NCBI GenBank assembly: GCA_965205485.1 | Contig: OZ242180.1 | Location: 1,376,001-1,440,000 of the forward strand | Direction of reading: 5' to 3' | Length of the DNA: 64,000 nucleotides | Source: Candidatus Latescibacterota bacterium | Lineage (GTDB): Bacteria > Latescibacterota > UBA2968 > GCA-2709665 | In this document: in pieces, positions 32,070 through 40,496 of the stretch | Layout: the number at the start of each line of letters is the position of its first letter | How positions within the stretch are numbered: the stretch's first letter is position 1 | Notes under the pieces: generated by a model | Seen by the model: the letters and a program-made list of their open reading frames with translations, nothing else | What the model was told of the DNA's origin: nothing | Databases searched by the model: none | Translations under genes and position numbers: made by a program

Positions 32070-32125
32070 TCTACTATTAGACCAAGCACCCGATGTGCCC
32101 GTTACGTTGCGCCAAGGAGATGCTA

Positions 32126-32806
32126 ATGCCACAGATTCGATGGCCGGTAGTTGCGTTTACCGTACTCTGGATTTCCGGGTGCGGCGCCAGGGACCCCGTT
32201 CAGGAAATGCAGAAGAGCCTGGCGAACGCGCCCGCGTATATGATCATACTTGAGGATATGAGGGAGGACGGCACCTTTTTTACCAATTATTACCACAGAT
32301 ACACGGTCGTCCAGGGAGAGCGTCGGGGCACAACCGAATGGATTGAGGTACCGGTGGAGGTCTATCGGCGGTACGCGGCCTTTCTCGGCATGGCATTGGT
32401 CGCCAAGTCGGACGAAGGGGTGAACAAAACCCCCCATCCGCCCGGATACCACTACGTGGGGAACCCGCATTACGGGCACTGGGGCGGCGGCGGGAGTTTC
32501 TGGGTGTTCTACGGACAGTACGCGATGATGCGGAGTTTGATGGGCGGGGGCTACGGGGGACAGATCTACCGCAATGACTACGACGACTATCGCAACAACC
32601 GCGATCGGCGCCGGCCGTATTACGGACGCAACCGTGAATACGGTACCGAAGGGTCGATCACAAAGAAGCAGAGGCCGGCGTTTTACCAGCGCCGGAGACA
32701 GGCCATTGCAAACAGGCAGCGGTCCTTTTCCCAGCGGGTCAGGGACCGGTCCGGCCGCAACAGGTCGGGCTTTGGCAGCCGCAGCAGAGGGAGGTTTGGA
32801 AAATGA
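32126..32806 (+). CDS. Lipoprotein with Arg/Gly/Ser-rich tail, PspA-cluster associated
   Basis: Lipobox ISGC; PPGYHYVGNPHYGHW...SFWVFYGQY; C-terminal RSRGRFGK. Confidence 0.75.
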   Translation: MPQIRWPVVAFTVLWISGCGARDPVQEMQKSLANAPAYMIILEDMREDGTFFTNYYHRYTVVQGERRGTTEWIEVPVEVYRRYAAFLGMALVAKSDEGVNKTPHPPGYHYVGNPHYGHWGGGGSFWVFYGQYAMMRSLMGGGYGGQIYRNDYDDYRNNRDRRRPYYGRNREYGTEGSITKKQRPAFYQRRRQAIANRQRSFSQRVRDRSGRNRSGFGSRSRGRFGK

Positions 32807-33648
32807 TGTGGGACAGTTTGCTGGAAACCGGGATTTACCTGGTCTGCGCGTATGTGTTGTTCTGGATTGGCAAGCTCGTATATGACTGGACCACGCCAAG
32901 CTACCGCCTGAAGGAAGAGCTGGTGGAGAAGGACAACACGGCCCTGTCGGTGGCGATGGTGGGGTACTTTCTGGGCCTGGTCATGGCCATCGGAGGGGTG
33001 ATTTCCGGTCCCTCGCACGGGTTGGAGGTCGACCTGGTCGACGTACTCATCTACGGCCCGTTGTCGATCGTGCTGATGAATCTCTCGCGGATCATCAATG
33101 ACCGGCTGATCCTTCACCAGTTTTCGATCCGGGACGAGATCGTGCGCGACCAGAATGCAGGCACCGGAGCCGTGGTCTGCGCCTCGTACATCGCCACGGG
33201 TCTGGTGATCTACGGGGCGGTGTCCGGCGAACTCGGCGGTCTGGGCACAACCATCGCTTTCTGGGTGCTGGGACAGGCGGCGCTGGTGCTGGCGGGCATC
33301 GTCTACAACTGGGCAACGCCGTACGATCTGCATACGGAAATCGAAAGGGACAACGCCGCTGCCGGCGTGGCATTCGCCGGCGCGCTGGTGGGCATCGGCA
33401 TTGTGGTGCGGCACGCGGTGTCCGGAGACTTTATCTCCTGGGCGACCAGCCTGCAGGGCTTCGCGCTCGAGGTGGTTATCGGACTCGTTCTGCTGCTCGT
33501 GGTACGTGTTGCTACTGACAAGATCCTGCTGCCGGGCCTGAACCTGGCGGCGGAGATTTCGGATCCCGAGAAACCGCACCTGGGCGCCGGATTCATCGAA
33601 GCGTCTTCGTACGTGGCTGCGTCCCTGCTGATCGTATGGGCGTTGTAG
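32803..33648 (+). CDS. DUF350 membrane protein (duplicated domain)
   Basis: Repeated EELVEKDN.A / EIVRDQN.G / EIERDN.AAG motifs between TM pairs. Confidence 0.85.
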   Translation: MMWDSLLETGIYLVCAYVLFWIGKLVYDWTTPSYRLKEELVEKDNTALSVAMVGYFLGLVMAIGGVISGPSHGLEVDLVDVLIYGPLSIVLMNLSRIINDRLILHQFSIRDEIVRDQNAGTGAVVCASYIATGLVIYGAVSGELGGLGTTIAFWVLGQAALVLAGIVYNWATPYDLHTEIERDNAAAGVAFAGALVGIGIVVRHAVSGDFISWATSLQGFALEVVIGLVLLLVVRVATDKILLPGLNLAAEISDPEKPHLGAGFIEASSYVAASLLIVWAL

Positions 33649-33660
33649 GAAGCCGTTGCA

Positions 33661-34461
33661 ATGGGAACTCGCCTCAAGGACAAGGTCGCAATCGTAACGG
33701 GCGCCGGTTCTGTCGGACCCGGTTGGGGCAACGGCAAGGCGGCGGCCGTTCTCTTCGCGCGGGAAGGCGCCCGCGTTCTTGCCGTGGACATCAATCCGGA
33801 GTCCGCGGAGGAAACCCGGGACATCATCGCAGGCGAGGGAGGAGACTGTACGGCCCACGAGGCGGATGTGTCGCGGTCCGAAGACGTGGAAGCTCTCGTC
33901 GCACGGTGCCTCGATACCTATGGCCGTATTGATATTCTGCACAATAACGTCGGCGTTCTCCAGGTGGGCGGATGCGTTGAACTCAGCGAGGAAACGTGGG
34001 ACCGCGTGGTCGACGTGAATCTCAAGAGCATGTTTCTGACCTGCAAGCATGTACTACCCCATATGGAACGCCAGGGCGGAGGCGCGATTGTGAATATCTC
34101 TTCGATCACGTCGATCCGCTGGCTGGGCGTGCCCTACGTTTCCTACAGCGCGACCAAGGGTGGGGTGAATCAACTCACTCAGAGTATCGCGATGCAATAT
34201 GCCGGGAAGAACATCCGCGCCAACTCCATACTGCCCGGATTCATGAATACGCCCATGGTGGCGAAATCCCTGGCCGAATTCTACGCACAGGGCGACGTCG
34301 AGAAGATGATTCAGATTCGCGACAACCAGTGTCCGATGGGCAGGATGGGCGATGCCTGGGACGTGGCTTATGCCGCCCTGTATCTGGCTTCGGACGAGGC
34401 GAAATACGTCACCGGCGCAGAACTCGTCGTGGATGGCGGGTTGACGTGCAAAACGGTCTAG
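33661..34461 (+). CDS. Short-chain dehydrogenase/reductase
   Basis: VTGAG..G.G, NNVG, YSATK. Confidence 0.93.
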   Translation: MGTRLKDKVAIVTGAGSVGPGWGNGKAAAVLFAREGARVLAVDINPESAEETRDIIAGEGGDCTAHEADVSRSEDVEALVARCLDTYGRIDILHNNVGVLQVGGCVELSEETWDRVVDVNLKSMFLTCKHVLPHMERQGGGAIVNISSITSIRWLGVPYVSYSATKGGVNQLTQSIAMQYAGKNIRANSILPGFMNTPMVAKSLAEFYAQGDVEKMIQIRDNQCPMGRMGDAWDVAYAALYLASDEAKYVTGAELVVDGGLTCKTV

Positions 34462-34622
34462 TGTCCTGTCCCATAAATTTCTCACCATTCGACCGCCGAT
34501 TCATCCTGTCTCGCTACGTTCCCCTCGCTCGCCGACCTTGCGCAGGTCGGCTGCGCTCCGGCGCCTTGCGAGACAGGCGACTCGACGGTCGAATTTAGGC
34601 AACTTATTTCCGGGACAGAACA
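34462..34622 (+). mobile_element. MITE family B copy 2 (161 bp)
   Basis: Flanks CTAG/CTCG; the left CTAG contains the SDR stop codon. Confidence 0.9.
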
Positions 34623-34647
34623 CTCGCGCGGGGCAGAAGAAAAGGGT

Positions 34648-36252
34648 ATGGCCGCAAGAGACAACGCCCCCGAAGACAATGGAGGCAAAGGAGCGCCCCC
34701 TCCCGCATCGGCGGGAGGATCGGGAAGCGGCCGCCTGTTGAAGGCGTGTCTGTTCGCGACGGGGCTGGCGGGAATCGTTGCGGAATTCGTACTCTCCACG
34801 CTGGCCAGCTACCTTCTCGGAAACCCGACGTTGCAGTGGACGCTGGTATTGTCGCTGATGTTCTTCGCGATGGGGCTCGGAAGCCGGCTGAGCCGACATC
34901 TTGCGGAGCGGTTGCTGGACCGGTTCATTGCGGTTGAATTTATCCTCTCGGCGCTGTGCGCGACATCGGCCGCAGCGGCCTATTGGGGAACGGCGTTCGT
35001 CCAGGAGGCGGGCGCCATTATTTATGCTTATGCCGGCGCGATCGGACTTCTGATCGGGCTTGAAATTCCCCTGGTAACGCGGATGAACGACGCGTACGAG
35101 GAGCTGCGGACCAATATCGCGTCCGTCATGGAGAAGGACTATTTCGGCGCGCTGGCGGGCGGCTTGCTGTTTGCGTTTTTCGCGCTGCCGAAGCTGGGGC
35201 TGACCTATACGCCCATCGCGCTGGGGACGGTGAACTTTGCGGTTGCATCCGCGCTCCTGTGGCGATACCGGAACCTGCTCGCCAGGCCGGCCGCGCTCAT
35301 TGTTGCGTTCTGGATCACTGCGGTGGGGCTTGTTGCGCTGGGCGTGTTCATGAAGCCCATCGTGCGGTTCGGCGAGCAGAGCCGGTATCGGGACCGGGTG
35401 ATATACGAGGCGCAGACCCCATACCAGCGGATCGTGATGACGCAGTGGAAAGGGTACCACTGGTTGTACCTCAACGGCGGAATGCAGTTCAGCACGTACG
35501 ACGAAGAACGGTACCACGAGCCGCTCGTGCATCCCGCTATGGGACTGTCTGCATCCAGAGAGCGGGTGCTGATTCTCGGCGGGGGGGACGGACTGGCGCT
35601 GCGGGAAGTCTTGAAATACGGCGACGTGAAACGGGTCACGCTGGTGGACCTGGACCCTGAGATGATCCGGCTCGCGCGGACGCATCCGGTGTTCGTGGAA
35701 GCGAATGAAGGAGCGCTGGAGGATGAACGCGTGGACGTGGTCACCCGGGACGCGGGCCGGTTTCTGGCGGATGACGCGGGAATCTACGATGTCATTCTTG
35801 TTGATTTGCCGGATCCGAAGGGTCCGGATCTCGCCCGGTTGTATTCGAAGGAATTCTACACGGCGTGTAAAAGGCATCTCTCGCAGCACGGTACACTCGT
35901 GACGCAGAGTTCAAGCCCACTCCACGCCAGGCGGGCGTTTCTGTGCGTGTACCGGACCCTGAAGGCAGCGGGGTTCCACGTGTTGCCCTACCACAATTCG
36001 ATCCCGACGATGGGACAGTGGGGGTGGCACCTGGCCATGAAGGAAGAGGTCATTTCGGAACCTGACCTGAAGCAGCGAGCGATGGCGCTTCGCTTTTCGG
36101 AATTCGAAACGGTCTTCCTGGACCACGAGGCGATGGCGGGCATGCTGCATTTCTGGAAGGGCATGTTCGATGGGCTGGAAGACGTGGAGGTGAATACCGA
36201 ACTGGCGCCGGTGGTGGACAGGTACTACCGGGAGAGTGAATGGGGATGGTGA
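34648..36252 (+). CDS. speE: Membrane-anchored polyamine aminopropyltransferase (spermidine synthase)
   Basis: N-terminal TM domain; DEERYHEPLVHP, LILGGGDGLALRE, DLPDP. Confidence 0.9.
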   Translation: MAARDNAPEDNGGKGAPPPASAGGSGSGRLLKACLFATGLAGIVAEFVLSTLASYLLGNPTLQWTLVLSLMFFAMGLGSRLSRHLAERLLDRFIAVEFILSALCATSAAAAYWGTAFVQEAGAIIYAYAGAIGLLIGLEIPLVTRMNDAYEELRTNIASVMEKDYFGALAGGLLFAFFALPKLGLTYTPIALGTVNFAVASALLWRYRNLLARPAALIVAFWITAVGLVALGVFMKPIVRFGEQSRYRDRVIYEAQTPYQRIVMTQWKGYHWLYLNGGMQFSTYDEERYHEPLVHPAMGLSASRERVLILGGGDGLALREVLKYGDVKRVTLVDLDPEMIRLARTHPVFVEANEGALEDERVDVVTRDAGRFLADDAGIYDVILVDLPDPKGPDLARLYSKEFYTACKRHLSQHGTLVTQSSSPLHARRAFLCVYRTLKAAGFHVLPYHNSIPTMGQWGWHLAMKEEVISEPDLKQRAMALRFSEFETVFLDHEAMAGMLHFWKGMFDGLEDVEVNTELAPVVDRYYRESEWGW

Positions 36253-36256
36253 AGAC

Positions 36257-36390
36257 CGGGTAGAGGTGAGACGGAAGCCGGTAGAGGAAGTCCTTGCCCG
36301 ATATTTTAATCTTTCTTGCCTCCGGCACGCGAAGAAACCTCGCAAGGCAGGCAATCTCTACCCTCTTCCGCCTTCCGTCTCCCCGCTCTT
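36257..36390. repeat. Second copy of the ~120 bp hairpin repeat
   Basis: Similar to 27523-27645. Confidence 0.65.
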
Positions 36391-36701
36391 AAGGAACACG
36401 CCGTAGGCACGATTTTGAAAAGAAAGACGAACGATGAGTCTTGCTTAATACAGGACTCTGTTTTTTGTATAAAACCTTTATTTTTATTTTATTTACGTCC
36501 TTTTTCTTATGCGCGTAAGAAAAAGGACCAAAAAGAAGCGCGCCCTTCGGCAGGGGGCCGGTTTTTCCGTGAACCCCCTCATTGGCGAAAATGTGACTTG
36601 TGTGGCCTACGAACGGATTACCGGTACCAGTGCAAACGGGCTGGACGGATTAACACGGAAAAACCCCCATCCCCCGGACCGGACGCGCCGTATTTGGATT
36701 T

Positions 36702-36726
36702 GTAGGGGCAACCCTTGTGGTTGCCC
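36702..36726 (+). repeat. GTAG-type REP palindrome
   Basis: GTAGGGGCAACCCTTGTGGTTGCCC, identical to 40293-40317. Confidence 0.85.
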
Positions 36727-36785
36727 ACATTGCGGCGCGGATATCTGTGATTCCTAACGATCCTTCTTTACATGAACCGCTTCTG

Positions 36786-36844
36786 GCTGAGAGCTGACTG
36801 CTGATCGCTGACAGCTCTTACTCGTTTTTGAAAGGTTTCCAACA
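36786..36844 (+). repeat. GCTGANN heptamer tract plus leader into the rraA-like RBS
   Basis: gctgaga gctgact gctgatc gctgaca gct ... tttgaaaggtttccaacaATG. Confidence 0.75.
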
Positions 36845-37562
36845 ATGGACTTCGACGAAATCAGACGACGCCTTTCCCGGCTGGATACGGCGTGTGTCTG
36901 CGATGGATACAAGGCGCTTGATAAGCCGGTCAGGGCCGTAGACCCCGCCATCCGCCCCGTCTCGCCGGGTTTGAGGCTGATCGGGCGGGCGCATACGCTG
37001 ACCTGCCACGAGGACTTTCTGACCGTAATCGTCGCCCTTCGCGATGCCCTGGCCGGGGAGGTCCTGGTGATTCGGGCGGGCGCATACGCTGACCTGCCAC
37101 GAGGACTCCCTGGTGATTGACTCCCAAGGGAGCCGGAAGGCATTGACCGGGGAACTGTTTCCCGCCGAGGCGCGGCGCAAGGGGCTGGCCGGGATTGTGA
37201 ACGACGGACCGTGCAGGGATACGGCAGCGATCCGGAAACAGCAGCTACCGTATTACGCCCGGTCGGTCAACCCGGTTGCCGGCACGACGGACAGGCTCTT
37301 CGAGACACAGGTCCCCGTTACATGCGGCGGCGTGCGCGTTCACCCGGGCGAGATCGTCTTCGGAGACGACGACGGCCTCATCGTGGCATCCTCCGAGGAG
37401 ATTTCGGAGATCATTCCCGTTGCGGAAGAGGTGCAGAGGAAAGAGGCGCGACTCCTTGCGGAGATGGAGAGAGGCCGGAGCCTTATCGATATGCTGAATC
37501 TGGAGGATCACTGCAAGAAGCTGCGCGCCGGTCAGAAGAGTCGTTTGCAGTTTCTGGTCTGA
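36845..37562 (+). pseudogene. RraA/HMG aldolase family gene frameshifted by an internal 46-bp duplication
   Basis: Removing the 46 bp restores GEVLVIDSQG..ALTGEL...DGPCRD...GDDDG. Confidence 0.85.
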
Positions 37563-37576
37563 TCGGATTATACTAA

Positions 37577-37786
37577 GAAGCTGTTTTAAAATTACCGGTG
37601 AGTTCCCGAGCGCGAGCGAAAAAGTGGCGGTTAAGAGGCGCGAGGGGCGCGTAGCGCCGACGGGAAAATCCGCCTATGAGAGGCGAGCAAGCGCAGCCTC
37701 GATCTCGTAAGACGGGTGGATTTGACCAACGTCGACCGGCGCTTTTGCAGCCGTGCGAAGACCGCTGGGAATTTTAAGACAGCTTC
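37577..37786 (+). mobile_element. MITE family A copy 3 (210 bp, two nested mini-hairpins)
   Basis: Same TIRs; perfect TAA/TAA flanking duplication. Confidence 0.9.
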
Positions 37787-37790
37787 TAAA

Positions 37791-37833
37791 GTGAAACAGG
37801 GCGGACGACATAACGTCGTCCGCCCTGTTTCAT
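37791..37833. terminator. Long hairpin, likely bidirectional terminator between convergent genes
   Basis: TGAAACAGGGCGGACGAC-ATAAC-GTCGTCCGCCCTGTTTCA. Confidence 0.75.
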
Positions 37834-37847
37834 TTGTCCAAAATCGC

Positions 37848-38381
37848 CTATTCCGTAGGCAGGATGTCCGTGAACTGGTATTCCTCGACGATTTCGCCGA
37901 TGGAGGCTTCGAAGTCGTCCTCGCCCCACTGTTCGATCGTTAACGTCTTCCGTTCGGAATCGTCCAGGTACTCCCAGGTAATCAGTTCCCGCGGGGGCCC
38001 CTCCCCGTTCCGGTAGAACTCACCGGCATCGGAGGATTCCGCGTAATAGGTGACGCCGTCGCAGGTCACCTCTTCGGGCGGGTCTTCGTGTTCCTGGATA
38101 TGGGCCATGGGGTCGCCGTCAATTTGAGAAACACGGACCTTGCGCGAGATGGTCCAGCAGATCGCGTCGTCCTCCTCGCGGTTCAGGTACATGACTTCGT
38201 CGGCGCAGGTCAATTCCCATTCGTCCACGCGGTCTCCATCGAAATCGTAATGGTTCTGCGCCGTGACCTTCCAGGTCTTCAGGTCATAGTCGACCACGTA
38301 TCCGGGCTTGAGGTCGGAAAGCGTGAAGTCGACCACGGGGTCGACTTCATCGGTCTTTTTCCTGAATGGATTCCAGTTCAC
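37848..38381 (-). CDS. DUF4178 domain protein
   Basis: DL..G.VVDYDLKTW.V, WEYLD...LTIEQWG; follows pspA. Confidence 0.8.
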   Translation of the reverse strand: MNWNPFRKKTDEVDPVVDFTLSDLKPGYVVDYDLKTWKVTAQNHYDFDGDRVDEWELTCADEVMYLNREEDDAICWTISRKVRVSQIDGDPMAHIQEHEDPPEEVTCDGVTYYAESSDAGEFYRNGEGPPRELITWEYLDDSERKTLTIEQWGEDDFEASIGEIVEEYQFTDILPTE

Positions 38382-38434
38382 AGGTTCGCCCCTGCCGCGC
38401 CGGATACCGGATTCCGGTCCGCGAAGTGCCGCAC

Positions 38435-39136
38435 TTACGCCTGAATTCCCATCTTGCTCTTGAGCTCGGCCAGCTTGTCCGCGCCCGGATTCTTTTCCTG
38501 AAGCGCGGCGTCGATCTCCTCGTCCACACTCTTCGACGCGTCGGCCACCTCACCGTACGCCTCGGAAAGGGACTCGTCCTCTTCCACCCGCTCCTTCATG
38601 CGTTCCAGCATCGCAAGCGTGCCGTGTGAATCCACTTTCGCCAGTTGCTTGTTGATCTTCTTCGTTGCCGCGGCCGTCCGGGCGCGGGCGCGCAGCGTGA
38701 CAAGGTCGTTTTCGTACCCTGCGATGGAGGACTTGAGTTTGTCCACCTGGGTCTGCAGCTGAGCGGCCATTTCCTCCTGCTTGCGGGCGTTCTCGCTAAG
38801 GGTGGCGGACCGATTGACGTTCTCTTCCTTCCGGGCAAGCGCTTCGCCGGCCAGGCGGTCGGCTTCGGCCGTATCGATCTGGTCTTTCTGCGCCCTCTGG
38901 AGCAGCGCCATGGCTTTGCGTTCGTAGTCCTCCGCGGCCTTCTTGCTGTCCGACGCCTGTTTCCGCAGGCGGATGCCCTGCCCCTTGACTTCGGCCAGGC
39001 TGGTCATCGCATTGCTCAGATCTTTCTTGAGATCCCGGATGCCCTGTTCAGTGAGGCGAATCGGATCTTCGAACTTGTCGATGGCTGCGTGAACTTCAGC
39101 TTGACCGACGCGAAAAATGCGTTGAAAAATTCCCAT
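38435..39136 (-). CDS. pspA: PspA/IM30 family protein
   Basis: MGIFQRIF...IDKFEDP, long coiled coil, LAELKSKMG end. Confidence 0.9.
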   Translation of the reverse strand: MGIFQRIFRVGQAEVHAAIDKFEDPIRLTEQGIRDLKKDLSNAMTSLAEVKGQGIRLRKQASDSKKAAEDYERKAMALLQRAQKDQIDTAEADRLAGEALARKEENVNRSATLSENARKQEEMAAQLQTQVDKLKSSIAGYENDLVTLRARARTAAATKKINKQLAKVDSHGTLAMLERMKERVEEDESLSEAYGEVADASKSVDEEIDAALQEKNPGADKLAELKSKMGIQA

Positions 39137-39224
39137 GTTATGCTCCTATCTGATGCGGGACCTAAAGGCCGGAGATCGTGGATCGTAACGGATTGCATCT
39201 TCGGGATTCCGACCCGTGTTCTCA

Positions 39225-39620
39225 CTATTGCCTGCTGTAACTCAAGAGTTCTTCGGCGTTTTCGCCAAGGGCCAGGCCCAGCGCGTTGACGGCGCCTTCG
39301 ATTTCCGCCCTGTCCAGCGTATCCAGAAGAAGGGTGTCCCGGAACAGGACGGTCCCGGTTTCCTCGTCGATGGCGAAGGCGCCGTGGATGAGCGTCCGGT
39401 TCAACTCCAGCAGGCGCTTGTAGAGGTCGCCCGGATTCCCGGGGATCGGCATGATGGCCTGTTCCAGGATGAGAATGGGATCTTCACAGTCGACGATAAG
39501 CCGGTGGATCCCCCGGTCTTCGTCGGTGACGACCGCCAGTTCCTCATCGGAATCTTCTTCTTCAACGACCAGCTCGAGGTCCTGAAGAAAGGCCTTTACG
39601 GTTTCAAAGTGGCGCGACAT
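39225..39620 (-). CDS. YbjN/CesT-like chaperone-fold protein
   Basis: LLELNRTLIHGAFAIDE...LFRDTL; ATG 39620 after GGAG. Confidence 0.8.
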   Translation of the reverse strand: MSRHFETVKAFLQDLELVVEEEDSDEELAVVTDEDRGIHRLIVDCEDPILILEQAIMPIPGNPGDLYKRLLELNRTLIHGAFAIDEETGTVLFRDTLLLDTLDRAEIEGAVNALGLALGENAEELLSYSRQ

Positions 39621-39717
39621 GAAAACTCCTTTTGAAATTGCGCTGACAGGAACTGTCCGTTCGCTGGTGAATATATGATTCTCAAGGGTTACATTTGTTT
39701 CAAAAATCGTCGCCGTT

Positions 39718-40090
39718 CTAAAGCCTGAGTATTTTTCCGACCCGGTCCGCGAGGGATTCGGGGGTCGCCGGTTTTTCCAGAATCTGGCCGCCCGTGATGC
39801 CTTGCGCGGCGAGTTCGTCCAGGTGCTCCGGAGCCGGGTTTTCGATAAGGACCAGCAAGGGTAGACGGGCGAGCATTTTCCTGATGAAACGAATGCAATC
39901 CGGTCCGCTGATTTCCGCGCAGATCGTATGCGAGAATGACGAGTGCGTACGCTTTGGGATTTGCCGCGAGCGTCTCCAAGGCGCTGCGACCGTCGGTGAC
40001 CACGTCCAACTCGACGTTCCGGTGATCGAATAGCCCGCCGGCAAGGGTCATGGCCGTCGGACCGTCTTCCGCGAGAAGAATTCTTGGCAA
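39718..40090 (-). pseudogene. Single-domain receiver protein, +1 frameshift near 39918, phosphoacceptor Asp replaced by Ala
   Basis: RILLAED...VILAYDL(P)EISG...ILEKP after removing one base. Confidence 0.7.
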
Positions 40091-40292
40091 ACCGGGAACC
40101 GTCTCGATTGCGGGTTGACTCAGAGTCGCACGTCAGGGTGACAAATATACCCAAATCGCCCGAGGCACCAAGAATTATATTTTCCTGAAAGGCATTCTCA
40201 TCGGCCGGTCGCCCCTACTGCCATACCCACGGCGATGTACGGAATAACGCGAGAAAAACTCCCTGACCATCGGACAAGCCGTGTTTGTTTTT

Positions 40293-40317
40293 GTAGGGGC
40301 AACCCTTGTGGTTGCCC
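40293..40317 (+). repeat. GTAG-type REP palindrome
   Basis: Identical to 36702-36726. Confidence 0.85.
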
Positions 40318-40382
40318 ACGCCACGGCACGGATATTGCCCATTGAAATCGCGAGGCCGTAGGTTTTCCGGTCTTCGCCTTTA

Positions 40383-40412
40383 GCTGACAGCTGACGGCTG
40401 ATAGCTGATAGC
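40383..40412 (+). repeat. GCTGANN heptamer tract upstream of recJ
   Basis: gctgaca gctgacg gctgata gctgata gc. Confidence 0.75.
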
Positions 40413-40496
40413 CACATCTCTTTTGCCCGAAGAGAAAACTCATGATATATTAATCGACGCTCCCATGGGGAGACCAATTCATCACTTGAGGTTCCA

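Noticed and set aside
36981..37107. Two identical 36-bp repeats as a mini CRISPR array
   Set aside because: Both repeat and spacer are rraA coding sequence; only two copies; no cas genes
39900..39930. Programmed ribosomal frameshifting at the broken genes
   Set aside because: No slippery heptamer or homopolymer tract at the shift sites
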